DNA from: a virus
Lineage: Duplodnaviria > Caudoviricetes
DNA length: 54,509 bases
Direction: 5' to 3' (one strand)
IMG/VR virus record: IMGVR_UViG_3300025070_000043
Coordinates: 1-54,509 of that record
A program made the position numbers and the translations under genes. Positions 15,958 through 25,906 of this stretch are shown in pieces (the first letter of the stretch is position 1; every line of letters begins with the position of its first letter). The notes below the pieces were generated by a model, which was not told the DNA's origin, made no database searches, and was given only the letters and a program-made list of their open reading frames with translations.

Positions 15958-18254
15958 TGTATATATTTGTAACCTCATTTAGTGAAAGCGGATACCATGA
16001 ATATGCTAAGAAAATGTTGGAAAGTGTTACAGAAAAATGGAATCCAAAACACTTTCAATTATATGCCTATTACCATGACTTTGACATTAAAGATGTCGAT
16101 GCTCCTGTGGCTGATAATATTCATTATCGCAATCTTAACGACATAACAGAAATGGTTCAGTATCGTGAACGTATGAAGACATATGACGGTACGCATGGTG
16201 GAACACAGCCATATAATTGGAGGCTAGATGCAATTAAGTGGTGTCACAAAGTTTATGCTCTATCAGACCTTGCATTTGAAATGATGGAAGAAGAAGTACA
16301 TGACGAAAGTAACTGGATGATTTGGTTAGATGCAGATACAGTAACAACTAAAAGGTTAGATGTAAAACAATTTCCTAAGTGGCTTCCAGATAAAGCAGAC
16401 TTAGTACATCTTGGAAGAAAGGATGCAGACTATAGTGAAACAAGTTTTCTTGGGTTTAACCTATCTTCTCACAATACTTGCAGCATCATTGCTGATTTTA
16501 GAGGTGCTTACACTATTGGAGAAACCATTGCATATAGAGAGTGGCATGATGGATTCATTTTTGAACGACTCCTCAACATCTACAAAGCCCACGGAATGGT
16601 CACAAGAAATTTATCTGAACACGCCAAAGGACTAGCAGCCTTTGCTCAGTCACCTTTGTCTGAATACTTTGACCACTATAAAGGTAATCTAAAAAAGAAA
16701 CTTAGTAGTACAGAAGTTGCACCAGATGTTACTGGTCCTAAAAGATACAAGCAACTTGCAGATATAGTACGCTTTTATAAACCTAGTACTATTGTAGAAA
16801 CAGGTACATGGAATGGTGGACGTGCTATTGAAATGGCTCTGGCTGCTTTTGAAAACACAGACAAAGTGCATTATATTGGTTTTGATTTGTTTCAGGATGC
16901 GACAGAACAGTCAGATGAATATGAAATGAACAGCAAGGCGCACAACATGGTAGAAGCTGTTGAAAGACGGTTGGATGATTTCTCTTATAGAATGTCACGC
17001 ACAGAAAAAAAGTTTACCTATGAGTTACACAAAGGAGATAGTAAGAAAACTGTTCCTGCTTGTGCCAAACTTAAAGAAGCAGACTTTGCTTACATAGATG
17101 GTGGACATTCTTATGAAACGGTAAAAGCAGATTGGGAAAACATAAAGGAACACGTTCCTGTTGTTGTCTTTGATGATTACTTTTCAGAAGATAAGAATGG
17201 TAACCTTCCTAAAGAGGAACATCTAGGTGTTAACAAGTTAATGAAAGAGGTAGAAGCTTATGGAAAAGTGGTATTGCCTAGTTCTGACGGGGTTCTTGGT
17301 GGTGGCATTACACATCTTTGTTTTGTAGCTAACAAGAAGGGACTTCCTAAACTACCAGACGAACTAACTCGTGTACCTATTTTGGTTACACCTAAAGATT
17401 CAAGACCTAAAGAAGAAATTATTAATAATGTAAAAGAAAATAGAAAGTTAATAAAAGATTTTGATTGGATTAAAACAAGTAAAGTAAATAATGAAACAGC
17501 AATTATTGTATCTGGTGGTAACATTAATTTTGATAAACTAAAAGAACGTATTGCTACAACAAACAATAAGGTATTCTGTGTCAAGCATAGCTATCCACGT
17601 TTGATTGAGAATGGTATTCAACCATTTGCTTGTGTGATACTTGACCCTAGACCTATTGATGGTGTTAGTACACATGGTGTAAAACGTAAAGATTTATTTA
17701 AGAAGGTAGACCAAGAAACTATTTTCCTTGTTGCTTCTATGACTGACCCTTCTGTTACTAAGCATCTTATAAAAAAGAAAGCTAATGTAAAAGGATGGCA
17801 AGCATACTCAGATGCTTTACGTGATATGGAAGTAAAAGATAAGATTGTAGTAGACAAGGCTACAGGTATTGACGAGGGTTCTACTCTCATTACAGGTGGG
17901 ACTTGTGCAGCCATGAGAACACTTGCCATTGGACATACTCTTGGCTTCCGTAACTTTGAACTGTTTGGTTTTGATTGTTCTATAGATGAAGTAACAGAAG
18001 AAATGAAAAAAGAAACTACAGATACAGAACAGAGTAAACCTAAATACATGAAGGTAGAACTAAACAACAATCACTTCTGGACTACTGGTGAGCTACTTGC
18101 TATGGCACAAGACTGTGAAAAACTTTTTGACCAAATGGAAATTGACATGGGTGTAGTCTTTCATGGTGAAGGAACATTGTGCTCAGAAGTTTGGAAATCT
18201 TCTAAGAGGGGTCAAGAAAAACATTACTCTGAGTTACTAAATGTCGCAGCTTAA
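15957..18254 (+). CDS. three-domain protein: GT-A-like + class I SAM methyltransferase + Maf/DUF115-like transferase
   Basis: N: FVTSF, WCHKVYA, IWLDADT, EWHDG. Middle: IVETGTWNG, IGFDLF, YIDGGHSYETVKAD, VVFDDY. C: AIIVSGG, VILDPR, GGTCAAMR, LGFRNFELFGFDCS. Confidence 0.75.
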   Translation: MYIFVTSFSESGYHEYAKKMLESVTEKWNPKHFQLYAYYHDFDIKDVDAPVADNIHYRNLNDITEMVQYRERMKTYDGTHGGTQPYNWRLDAIKWCHKVYALSDLAFEMMEEEVHDESNWMIWLDADTVTTKRLDVKQFPKWLPDKADLVHLGRKDADYSETSFLGFNLSSHNTCSIIADFRGAYTIGETIAYREWHDGFIFERLLNIYKAHGMVTRNLSEHAKGLAAFAQSPLSEYFDHYKGNLKKKLSSTEVAPDVTGPKRYKQLADIVRFYKPSTIVETGTWNGGRAIEMALAAFENTDKVHYIGFDLFQDATEQSDEYEMNSKAHNMVEAVERRLDDFSYRMSRTEKKFTYELHKGDSKKTVPACAKLKEADFAYIDGGHSYETVKADWENIKEHVPVVVFDDYFSEDKNGNLPKEEHLGVNKLMKEVEAYGKVVLPSSDGVLGGGITHLCFVANKKGLPKLPDELTRVPILVTPKDSRPKEEIINNVKENRKLIKDFDWIKTSKVNNETAIIVSGGNINFDKLKERIATTNNKVFCVKHSYPRLIENGIQPFACVILDPRPIDGVSTHGVKRKDLFKKVDQETIFLVASMTDPSVTKHLIKKKANVKGWQAYSDALRDMEVKDKIVVDKATGIDEGSTLITGGTCAAMRTLAIGHTLGFRNFELFGFDCSIDEVTEEMKKETTDTEQSKPKYMKVELNNNHFWTTGELLAMAQDCEKLFDQMEIDMGVVFHGEGTLCSEVWKSSKRGQEKHYSELLNVAA

Positions 18255-18753
18255 TGATAAACAAGAGCAGTTTTGCCAGAACTATGTCCTCAGTCGAAAT
18301 GCTACAAAGGCGGCAAAGGCTGCAGGATATAGTGAATCATCTGCTTATAATCAAGGGCATAGACTTTTACAAGAAGAACGTATCCAAGAAAGATTAAAAG
18401 AACTTACAAATGAAATGGTGACCAATGTAGATGTGGTCAGTGAGATTGAGAAGCAATATGAAGTAGCTCGTAATGGTGGGCATGGAACAACAGCTTTAAA
18501 AGCCTTAGAACTATTGTCTCGTGTTCGTGGTAATAATACAGATGTAGATGATCAGACAACAGAAAGTTTGGAAGAAGACATCAAAGGTATTATGCAAGCA
18601 CTAGGCTTTGACCAATGCTTTCTTCTTTTTGCAGAGGCTTTTCCAGATGAGTTTAATGATGGAGAAGAAGAACAAGAAGAAGAGTTACTTCTTACCGAAG
18701 AACTTAGTAGCACTACGGACACCGAAGCTGGCAGCGACAATGATGCCGAGTGA
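18241..18753 (+). CDS. terS: terminase small subunit
   Basis: LNDKQEQFCQNY...NATKAAKAAGYS...AYNQGHRLL HTH signature; LKALELL. Confidence 0.8.
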   Translation: MSQLNDKQEQFCQNYVLSRNATKAAKAAGYSESSAYNQGHRLLQEERIQERLKELTNEMVTNVDVVSEIEKQYEVARNGGHGTTALKALELLSRVRGNNTDVDDQTTESLEEDIKGIMQALGFDQCFLLFAEAFPDEFNDGEEEQEEELLLTEELSSTTDTEAGSDNDAE

Positions 18754-19068
18754 GTATTGATACCACTCAGGCATTGCTTCTAGTTGAGCAAATCCATTAG
18801 CTACTAAGTCTTCCATACCCGGAATGAAAGCAAGAATCAATGGGATTGAAAACAGAATAGTAAGCCATTCGTCTTTCCATGACGTGTGGCTTCCCTTTGC
18901 CATTTCCAAATCCCAGTCGATTTCTCCAGTGGCTTTTTTTTCCATGATGGTAGCTTCAGCTTTTGCTTTGGCTACCTTTGCTTCTGCATTTGCTTTTGTC
19001 TTTTCTACCGAACCTTGCAGCCAAGTACCTGCTAATTCTGCAATTGGTCCTACGAGAAGGTTTAACAT
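18685..19068 (-). CDS. putative holin (3TM-holin-like)
   Basis: SWKDEWLTILFSIPLILAF, PEWYQ...ASFGVRS, basic C-terminus; near endolysin. Confidence 0.6.
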   Translation of the reverse strand: MLNLLVGPIAELAGTWLQGSVEKTKANAEAKVAKAKAEATIMEKKATGEIDWDLEMAKGSHTSWKDEWLTILFSIPLILAFIPGMEDLVANGFAQLEAMPEWYQYSLGIIVAASFGVRSATKFFGKK

Positions 19069-19104
19069 AATAGTCTCCTGATATTTCTAAAACTTTACCT
19101 AACA

Positions 19105-19896
19105 TTACTGAGGTGGTATTATATTCTTAATATAAAGTATGTCCAAACCTGCACTAATAGCAATATTTGCACCTGCACTATCACCTATTGCTCTAAATTC
19201 TAAATCTGTTTTTTCTTCAAACTTTAAAGGAAAAGCATACACTTGAGTATGCCCACCTTCCGACTTTACAAATTTATCCTTTACTTGAAAAACCTCTTCA
19301 AAGGGACGTGCCACAAAATGAATTTCTGCATACTTATTATTTTGTGTGGTAGCTACAGTTATATCTGTTTGGTATACATATGCAGTATATCCTGCAGGTA
19401 CAGTCCATAAAGCCATTAGTGTTTGACCATCTCCTGCTCCGACAGTTGCATATTTATTTACCGGAACACCAGCAGTTACTGCTCCTGTACCTGCATAAAT
19501 AACACCTGCATTAGTACCGCCACTTCCTGCACTACGTACAACCATACGATTAATACGTAAGTATTCTTTTGTTGTATCAACAGCAGTTTGTCCATCAAGA
19601 ATTATTACTTCATTAATCTGATTATAATCAGCATCTAAACCGTAAATCTGTACCGTCTCTGCACCAGTACTTCCTTCGTCATCAGCAGCACTAGAGCTAG
19701 AAACTTTTAGTATTGAAGCAGCAGACAAGTAAGAGTATAGTCCACCTTCTGCCCATACAGTTTCAAGACTGTCATCTATATCAGGATTAAATCCAAATTT
19801 AAAAATATTTTTATGAAAAGCAATTTGACCTCTTGCAACCTGAAGTTTAAAAGGCTCATGTTTACCTGTTCTTGATATTGAGCTTGGAGTACCCAT
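19105..19896 (-). CDS. hypothetical protein, possibly virion-associated
   Basis: 263-aa beta-rich ORF coupled to upstream gene. Confidence 0.6.
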   Translation of the reverse strand: MGTPSSISRTGKHEPFKLQVARGQIAFHKNIFKFGFNPDIDDSLETVWAEGGLYSYLSAASILKVSSSSAADDEGSTGAETVQIYGLDADYNQINEVIILDGQTAVDTTKEYLRINRMVVRSAGSGGTNAGVIYAGTGAVTAGVPVNKYATVGAGDGQTLMALWTVPAGYTAYVYQTDITVATTQNNKYAEIHFVARPFEEVFQVKDKFVKSEGGHTQVYAFPLKFEEKTDLEFRAIGDSAGANIAISAGLDILYIKNIIPPQ

Positions 19897-20216
19897 TAGT
19901 ATAATCTATTATGTCCTGATTGTTTCTTACCTTTTTTACTACCTATGCTACCACCAGATTTAAAACTAAAACCAAACAAAGTAGACTTAGGTTTTTTAGT
20001 AACATACTGTCTTTTAGGTTTTACAAAAGGTTTTGATACTTTTTTATACACCTTCAAAGGTCTTTTAAGAACTTTTTTAGGCTTTGGGCTAGGGTCAACA
20101 ATTACCCTTCCTTTAGAATCTTTTTTTACTTTAGGTTTTATTTCCATACCTAAAGGCTTTAGTATTCTATTAAGTTGTGTTAAATTACTTTCTCTTTGTA
20201 CTAAAGGCTTAGTCAT
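19896..20216 (-). CDS. Lys-rich basic protein with C-terminal HNRLY
   Basis: Coupled at both ends; ends FKSGGSIGSKKGKKQSGHNRLY. Confidence 0.7.
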   Translation of the reverse strand: MTKPLVQRESNLTQLNRILKPLGMEIKPKVKKDSKGRVIVDPSPKPKKVLKRPLKVYKKVSKPFVKPKRQYVTKKPKSTLFGFSFKSGGSIGSKKGKKQSGHNRLY

Positions 20217-20701
20217 TAAAATTCTCCTGCTTTCATAGCTTCGCTTAGTTTTTTAGCACGTTGTCCTACCTGTCTCGCCCATCTGGAATCTAACATTTCC
20301 CTTGATGAGGCTTCCCAGTTTTTTTCATGTATAGCATTCCACATTTTTTTAAATTTACATAACCTTGGAACACCCATATTAAAAGCCATGTCCATTAGTA
20401 TTAATTGTCTTACACCATCTAGGTCTTCTACACATTTATGTACTGCACATAGTTCACGTTCTACAATTTTAATATCATTCATTGCTAGGTAACGTGCATC
20501 TGCTTCTGTAATACCATGTTCATAAACAGCATCTATACTAGGATAGTCCATGTAGTCAAGCTCTTCTTTACTTATTCCACGGTCTTTTAAATTTCTTCCT
20601 ATTCCTACTGTGTCTATGCCAAGGGTATCCTTGTAGACAGTAAGAACCATTCCCTCATGTTCAATAAGCTTATCTAAAAAATGTGATTCACTATACTTCA
20701 T
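20216..20701 (-). CDS. endolysin, GH24 (T4 lysozyme-like)
   Basis: HEG...YKDTLGIDTVGIGRNL (E-8x-D-5x-T triad), MAFNMG, SRWARQVGQRA. Confidence 0.9.
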   Translation of the reverse strand: MKYSESHFLDKLIEHEGMVLTVYKDTLGIDTVGIGRNLKDRGISKEELDYMDYPSIDAVYEHGITEADARYLAMNDIKIVERELCAVHKCVEDLDGVRQLILMDMAFNMGVPRLCKFKKMWNAIHEKNWEASSREMLDSRWARQVGQRAKKLSEAMKAGEF

Positions 20702-20907
20702 TTTTTACTAAACCCAAAATAAGATGCGACTAGTGCCGATAGGCTTCCATACATCATCATCAGTATTGCTTCGGCACTTGCAAACCTTTCCGGGCTTACA
20801 AGTACAGCTATCGTTGCTACAAGCATCATTGCAAGAGCAGACCAAGCCATGTACCGTCTGTTTTTTTGATAAGTTTTCTTGTCTGTTATTAATGACTGAC
20901 TCTCCAT
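20698..20907 (-). CDS. small 2-TM protein, holin/antiholin candidate
   Basis: RRYMAW then two TM segments; directly upstream of endolysin. Confidence 0.55.
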   Translation of the reverse strand: MESQSLITDKKTYQKNRRYMAWSALAMMLVATIAVLVSPERFASAEAILMMMYGSLSALVASYFGFSKK

Positions 20908-22145
20908 TATTTTCTCTTGAATATATCTAATCCTGATACTTTTCTTTGACCACCATCTGGCATAGAATATGTAGCTGTTAAAGGATTAAATGAACCACCT
21001 ATTGGACTAGACGTACCACCAATAAGATTTTGTAAATATAATCTACGTTGTACAGGGTCAGACAAGTCAATGGTCTGTGTACCTACACCTTTCTGATAAT
21101 AAGCATTGGGTGTAACCGCAGGGGGAGCTTTGGGTATTGGCGCACCAGATGTGCTAGGTTTTGGACTACTATTATCTTTACTATCAGAAGTATCAAAAGT
21201 TGGTTTTTCACCTACCTTACTACCATCAGGCATTTCCACATGAGAAATATTACCTGCACTATCATATTTAACAATACCCCCAGCTTGTACACCTGTTTGC
21301 ATTTGACCAATTCTACCTGCAGCAAGCCCTGATTTAGTTCTTGTAATACTAGGAACATCTCCAATAGTTCTAGCTAACATAGCTAAAGGAGAAAACTTTT
21401 CTGCTTTTTGAATTGCTTTTGTAACAGGACCTTGAAAGTATTCAGCAGCTTTTTCACCAAGAACATTTAAATCTTGTCTTCCTTGTTCACTTAAAAAATC
21501 ACCACCCTTACCTGTATTTGGGTCATAGCTACGAATAGTTATAGCAGAAGTTTGCTCTTCATCATCTCTACTTGGGTCATATCCACCAAACTTTGCACGA
21601 GAAGGTCTACCTGTATCTACACTTCTACCTCTAGTAGCAACATCTTGATTAAACATTTCTGCAAGTTCTGCATCTGCATCATCATCGTCATATGCCCCAC
21701 CATCATCTGAGCTAGAACTAGAAGAAGAACTACTGCTGCTTCCTCCACCACCACCTGAACTACCAGATGAAGAAGCTTGACTAGTATTACTAGCACCTGC
21801 GTCTTTAGCTTCTTGTTCACCACCACCTTGTAATGACATCAAACCACCCGGACCACTATTAGGTTTACCTTTAAGAGAACCATACAAGTTAGCTTCAAGA
21901 AGTATCTTTTGTTCAGCAGGTGTAATATAAGCAAGCTCTGCAACTACATGGTCAGGAGAAGACAACCACTGTTTAGGCACAGTAACTGTTTCTGTATCAC
22001 CTAAATAGTTAACAATACCACTTACTTTTTTAGGTTTAACCTTTTTATTAAGACGAATATCTTCACCTGAATTAGAGTTAGAACCATAAACAGGAATACC
22101 TGCTAAACCTTTTGTGCTTGTCTTTTTCTTTTTCTTGTTTGCCAT
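20907..22145 (-). CDS. putative internal virion/ejection protein
   Basis: Basic N-terminus, LAYITPAE motif, Ser/Gly linker; in the ejection gene block. Confidence 0.55.
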   Translation of the reverse strand: MANKKKKKTSTKGLAGIPVYGSNSNSGEDIRLNKKVKPKKVSGIVNYLGDTETVTVPKQWLSSPDHVVAELAYITPAEQKILLEANLYGSLKGKPNSGPGGLMSLQGGGEQEAKDAGASNTSQASSSGSSGGGGGSSSSSSSSSSSDDGGAYDDDDADAELAEMFNQDVATRGRSVDTGRPSRAKFGGYDPSRDDEEQTSAITIRSYDPNTGKGGDFLSEQGRQDLNVLGEKAAEYFQGPVTKAIQKAEKFSPLAMLARTIGDVPSITRTKSGLAAGRIGQMQTGVQAGGIVKYDSAGNISHVEMPDGSKVGEKPTFDTSDSKDNSSPKPSTSGAPIPKAPPAVTPNAYYQKGVGTQTIDLSDPVQRRLYLQNLIGGTSSPIGGSFNPLTATYSMPDGGQRKVSGLDIFKRK

Positions 22146-25100
22146 TATTCTGCTACCTTTCTTAGTGGCTGTCCTGTTAGAGCACCCTCTAATCTTTTAA
22201 GTCCTTGAATTAACTCTGGTGGAAACTTTCTTTCTACCAACATATTTTTAATTTGACCTGAGTTTATACTATCAGGTATAAATACTCCTTGACCTTTATC
22301 ACCTTGAGCTAGTCCATATATTAAGTTAGGGTTAATTTTATATTTACCTTTACCTGTAGAAGCTTTAACTATACCATCAATACCATACTTTGTTTTATAT
22401 ATTTTACCATCTTTTCCCTTTTCATAAAACTCTACATTTCTAAAAACATTAACTTTATCTGACATACGAGCCATAGCTTCTTTTTTAGCCATTTGTGTTT
22501 CTACATATTTTTCAAGTATATCATCAACATCTTGTTGTGTAAGTTGTTTATCAGCAACAGTTTTTAAATAAGCAGAAAATTCTTTTGAGGCATTATTTAT
22601 TTCTTGAGAGTCTTGATAAAGACTATAGCTAACAGACTTATCTAAGTTCATAGTATTATTTCTTATACCTGTTGAAAAGAAAGTTGCTGCATCTTCTTTA
22701 CGCATAGGAAACCCTGCAGCAGTTTGACCACGACCTTCTCCACGTAACATTTCAGACTGTTTAGCATTAAGATATTTTTGACCTGCTTTAATACTTCCCG
22801 GAATACCTACAGACAAAAGACCCTTTACTCTTTCTTCAGTACTAAGCTCATTACCTTCTGCATCTACACCACGATAAGCATTAATAACTGCTTCAGTTAA
22901 AAACTTTTCTGATACAAAAGGTGAGTACAATTCAGCTATTGCATCAGGCAAAGCATCATCTAATTCTCTTTGTGTAATGTCTTCTCCTGCAAGTATACGA
23001 GCAATAATTGCACGAGTAGGTCCTTTAATATATTGCATAGAATCTAATGTACCAGAATCAATAAACCTTGTCATAATTTCACCTGTAACAGGGTCTTTGT
23101 AAAAAGGTTGAGTAAATACTTTTTCTGTATTTTTTTGATAGTCAGGCACAGTTAAATTAACGGCACGGATTTCATTTTCAGATATGCCATTTTGACTGTT
23201 GTTGTTTCTAATTGCATACTCAATACCTGCAGTTGTTGCTCCTAAACCTGCAAGCCTACGCATACCAATTTTTATTAACTCAGGATTATTTGTTCGTTTA
23301 CCTTCTGCAATATCTCTTGCTCCCTGCATAAGAATATTCTTAGTTGTTCGTACCATTTCTGCAGGAAATGTTGCATATGTACCAAAGGGTAAACGAGCTA
23401 ATGCACGTACTACAGGAGCAGCAGTAGTATAAGAAGGCATAGTATTACGAACTGTTTCAGTTGCTTTATTAAATATCTCTTCGTCTGCTAAATTTGGAAA
23501 TGCTTTTTTATATGCATTATATTCTGCTTGAAAAGCAACAATCTTTCCGTAGTCATCTACTCCGCCATACACTGCAGACATTCCTCTGAAGGGAGCTTTA
23601 ATTGCTTTAGTAATAGCACCTTCTACACCTTCTGCACCATCACCAAATCTATCAATATTCTTTTTAATATTTTCTGCAACAACACTAGAATCAATAATAC
23701 CTCTATTTTTTAATGCTTGTAAAAATTTAAGAGTTTCTTCATCTCCTTTTGCAGCTTTTTCATACATAGCTTTAGCAGAATTAATAGCTTCTTTAACAAC
23801 TCTTGGGCGATATAATACACCATTCATAGCTAACTGTTGTACCATACCATATGTATTAACTAAGTGAGCAGTATGGTCAAACACTGTTTCCATAGCCTGA
23901 CCAACAGCAGCAGGTTTAGCAAAGATATTTAACCATCCCTTACCTACTGGGTTGTCTACACCAAAAGTATCAATACCTTTTTCAAGCATATCACTAAATT
24001 GTTTTGTTGTGACAAACTTGTTTAGCCCTACGGCTTCTCCACCTGCACCAAAAGCACCCAATTCTTTTTGAGCAAGAGATTCTAAAGACTCTCTTACATC
24101 TAAACCAGAAGGAGTTATTTCTGCTTTACGTAAAAATGTTGCAGTTTCTTCAGGTAAAAAAGGTAATAGACCTTTTATTTTAACATCTTTGCCTACATTC
24201 TGTTCAGCAAAGTTTTTAATATCTTTAATATAATTTGCTTTAGCAATTAGTTTGTTTTGGTTAGTCATGGTTTCTGTAAAGTTTCTTACAGGGTCTTTAA
24301 CCTCACCAAGTAATTCTAGTATAGGTCTATCAAGGTCTTTTCTACCACGAAGAATTTTAGCTGCAGGACCGCCAGTACCATTAGAAATTAACTCAGACAA
24401 TACATTAAAAGACGTGTCCTTTTTACCTCGGTCTACCAAGTTCATAATTAATCCATTAATTTGTTCAGAAGACAAACTAGGATTGTTTTTTGCTAAATGT
24501 ATTTGTGCATTACGAACAGCAGACAACACATCAGCATTGTGCGGTGTATCTGATAGTTCATTTTTAATTGCTTTAGCTATATTTTTAGACCATTTAGGAT
24601 TTGTAGAAAATTCAAATGTTCTGGTAAGATATGCACCACCTGTGTCAGGGTCTATTACTGCACGAAGTTTATTATCATCTGGTAAATTTAATGCATCTAA
24701 AATTCTTCTTGAATTATTATCAATCTTAGTACGCATACGCATTACTTGCTTTATTATATTTTCAGGTATCTGTGCCATTTCCTGTGCAGATAATGTTTCT
24801 CCTGTAAGAAGACGATTAACAAGCTGCTTATCTACATCAGAATTTTTTAATGCTTTTTCTAAAGCTCTAGCTTCTTTTTGTATAAGAGCAGAAGAAGCTT
24901 GAACAAACTGATTTTTTCTTATTACAGAATCAAATATAGGTTTAGGCAAACCTGCAGTAGAAGTTAAGGCTCTACCTAACTTAGTATTAATCTTAGCTAC
25001 TGCTTGACTAATTTGACCACGTTGATTAAATATACCGGGAGATGTCTCTTCTACAGTTGCTCTTGTGGCAGTAGCTGTAGGTGTACGTGTAATAGGAGTA

Positions 25101-25903
25101 GTAATGCCTTCATTACGTACAGCATTAAACTTACCTAATAATCTTCTACTTCCACCTTTTAATAACTTAAAAGCAATTGCAGCAGGTATAGCAATAATAC
25201 CACCAGCAATTGCAGAGTCTACTATTTGTTTTAGTCTACGTTCTGCTACACCGTCATCAGGGTCAATAGCTAATTGCTGTAAAACTTCTTCGCTTTCTGG
25301 AACAAGTGCAGCAAACTCTGTTACAAATGTTTCGTCTTCTCCACGAGACAATACATCTGCACCTATACCAATACCTGTACCTTTTGCTAACCTACCTGCT
25401 CTTGTTTTAGGTTTAATAAACTTTGTAGCCTTTGTTAGACCAGCAGCAGGAACAGCATAAGAACCTATCTCAGCAGCTACATCTTCACCTAAATTTACAC
25501 GAGGGTCAAATGTTTCTTTAGCTGCATAAGTTATTTCTGTAGGTAGTGTTTCGTCAAGAAAGTTTGCTGCATCTTGGAAAGCTCCTTCTACAGTTTTTCT
25601 TGTTTCCTTACCACCAATAAATTCTATTACATCACCACCTACTTGACCTACATCTTCTGCTGCTTTACCAACCGCAGAGCCTACAATTTTACCAAGGTCA
25701 AATGTGGTATCTTCTGTAAGAGTACCTTCTTTCTTTCTACGTTCATACTCTTTGTCTACAGACATAAACTGATTAAAGTTAATACCCTGTGCTTCCAAAA
25801 GCTCTTTCAATTGAGCTTTGGTTTTAATATTACCAGCAGTTATTTCTGATTCTACACTTTGTTTTAAGTTATAAAACTCTTGTGTATTAGGAGCAATAGC
25901 CAT
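22145..25903 (-). CDS. large internal virion (ejection) protein
   Basis: 1252 aa, helical composition, position typical of podovirus core proteins. Confidence 0.6.
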   Translation of the reverse strand: MAIAPNTQEFYNLKQSVESEITAGNIKTKAQLKELLEAQGINFNQFMSVDKEYERRKKEGTLTEDTTFDLGKIVGSAVGKAAEDVGQVGGDVIEFIGGKETRKTVEGAFQDAANFLDETLPTEITYAAKETFDPRVNLGEDVAAEIGSYAVPAAGLTKATKFIKPKTRAGRLAKGTGIGIGADVLSRGEDETFVTEFAALVPESEEVLQQLAIDPDDGVAERRLKQIVDSAIAGGIIAIPAAIAFKLLKGGSRRLLGKFNAVRNEGITTPITRTPTATATRATVEETSPGIFNQRGQISQAVAKINTKLGRALTSTAGLPKPIFDSVIRKNQFVQASSALIQKEARALEKALKNSDVDKQLVNRLLTGETLSAQEMAQIPENIIKQVMRMRTKIDNNSRRILDALNLPDDNKLRAVIDPDTGGAYLTRTFEFSTNPKWSKNIAKAIKNELSDTPHNADVLSAVRNAQIHLAKNNPSLSSEQINGLIMNLVDRGKKDTSFNVLSELISNGTGGPAAKILRGRKDLDRPILELLGEVKDPVRNFTETMTNQNKLIAKANYIKDIKNFAEQNVGKDVKIKGLLPFLPEETATFLRKAEITPSGLDVRESLESLAQKELGAFGAGGEAVGLNKFVTTKQFSDMLEKGIDTFGVDNPVGKGWLNIFAKPAAVGQAMETVFDHTAHLVNTYGMVQQLAMNGVLYRPRVVKEAINSAKAMYEKAAKGDEETLKFLQALKNRGIIDSSVVAENIKKNIDRFGDGAEGVEGAITKAIKAPFRGMSAVYGGVDDYGKIVAFQAEYNAYKKAFPNLADEEIFNKATETVRNTMPSYTTAAPVVRALARLPFGTYATFPAEMVRTTKNILMQGARDIAEGKRTNNPELIKIGMRRLAGLGATTAGIEYAIRNNNSQNGISENEIRAVNLTVPDYQKNTEKVFTQPFYKDPVTGEIMTRFIDSGTLDSMQYIKGPTRAIIARILAGEDITQRELDDALPDAIAELYSPFVSEKFLTEAVINAYRGVDAEGNELSTEERVKGLLSVGIPGSIKAGQKYLNAKQSEMLRGEGRGQTAAGFPMRKEDAATFFSTGIRNNTMNLDKSVSYSLYQDSQEINNASKEFSAYLKTVADKQLTQQDVDDILEKYVETQMAKKEAMARMSDKVNVFRNVEFYEKGKDGKIYKTKYGIDGIVKASTGKGKYKINPNLIYGLAQGDKGQGVFIPDSINSGQIKNMLVERKFPPELIQGLKRLEGALTGQPLRKVAE

Positions 25904-25906
25904 TTA

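Noticed and set aside
24252-24902. 216-aa + strand ORF and other antisense ORFs (e.g. 39465-39986, 17618-18070, 8326-8715)
   Set aside because: Shadows of well-supported genes on the opposite strand; no SD or protein motifs.
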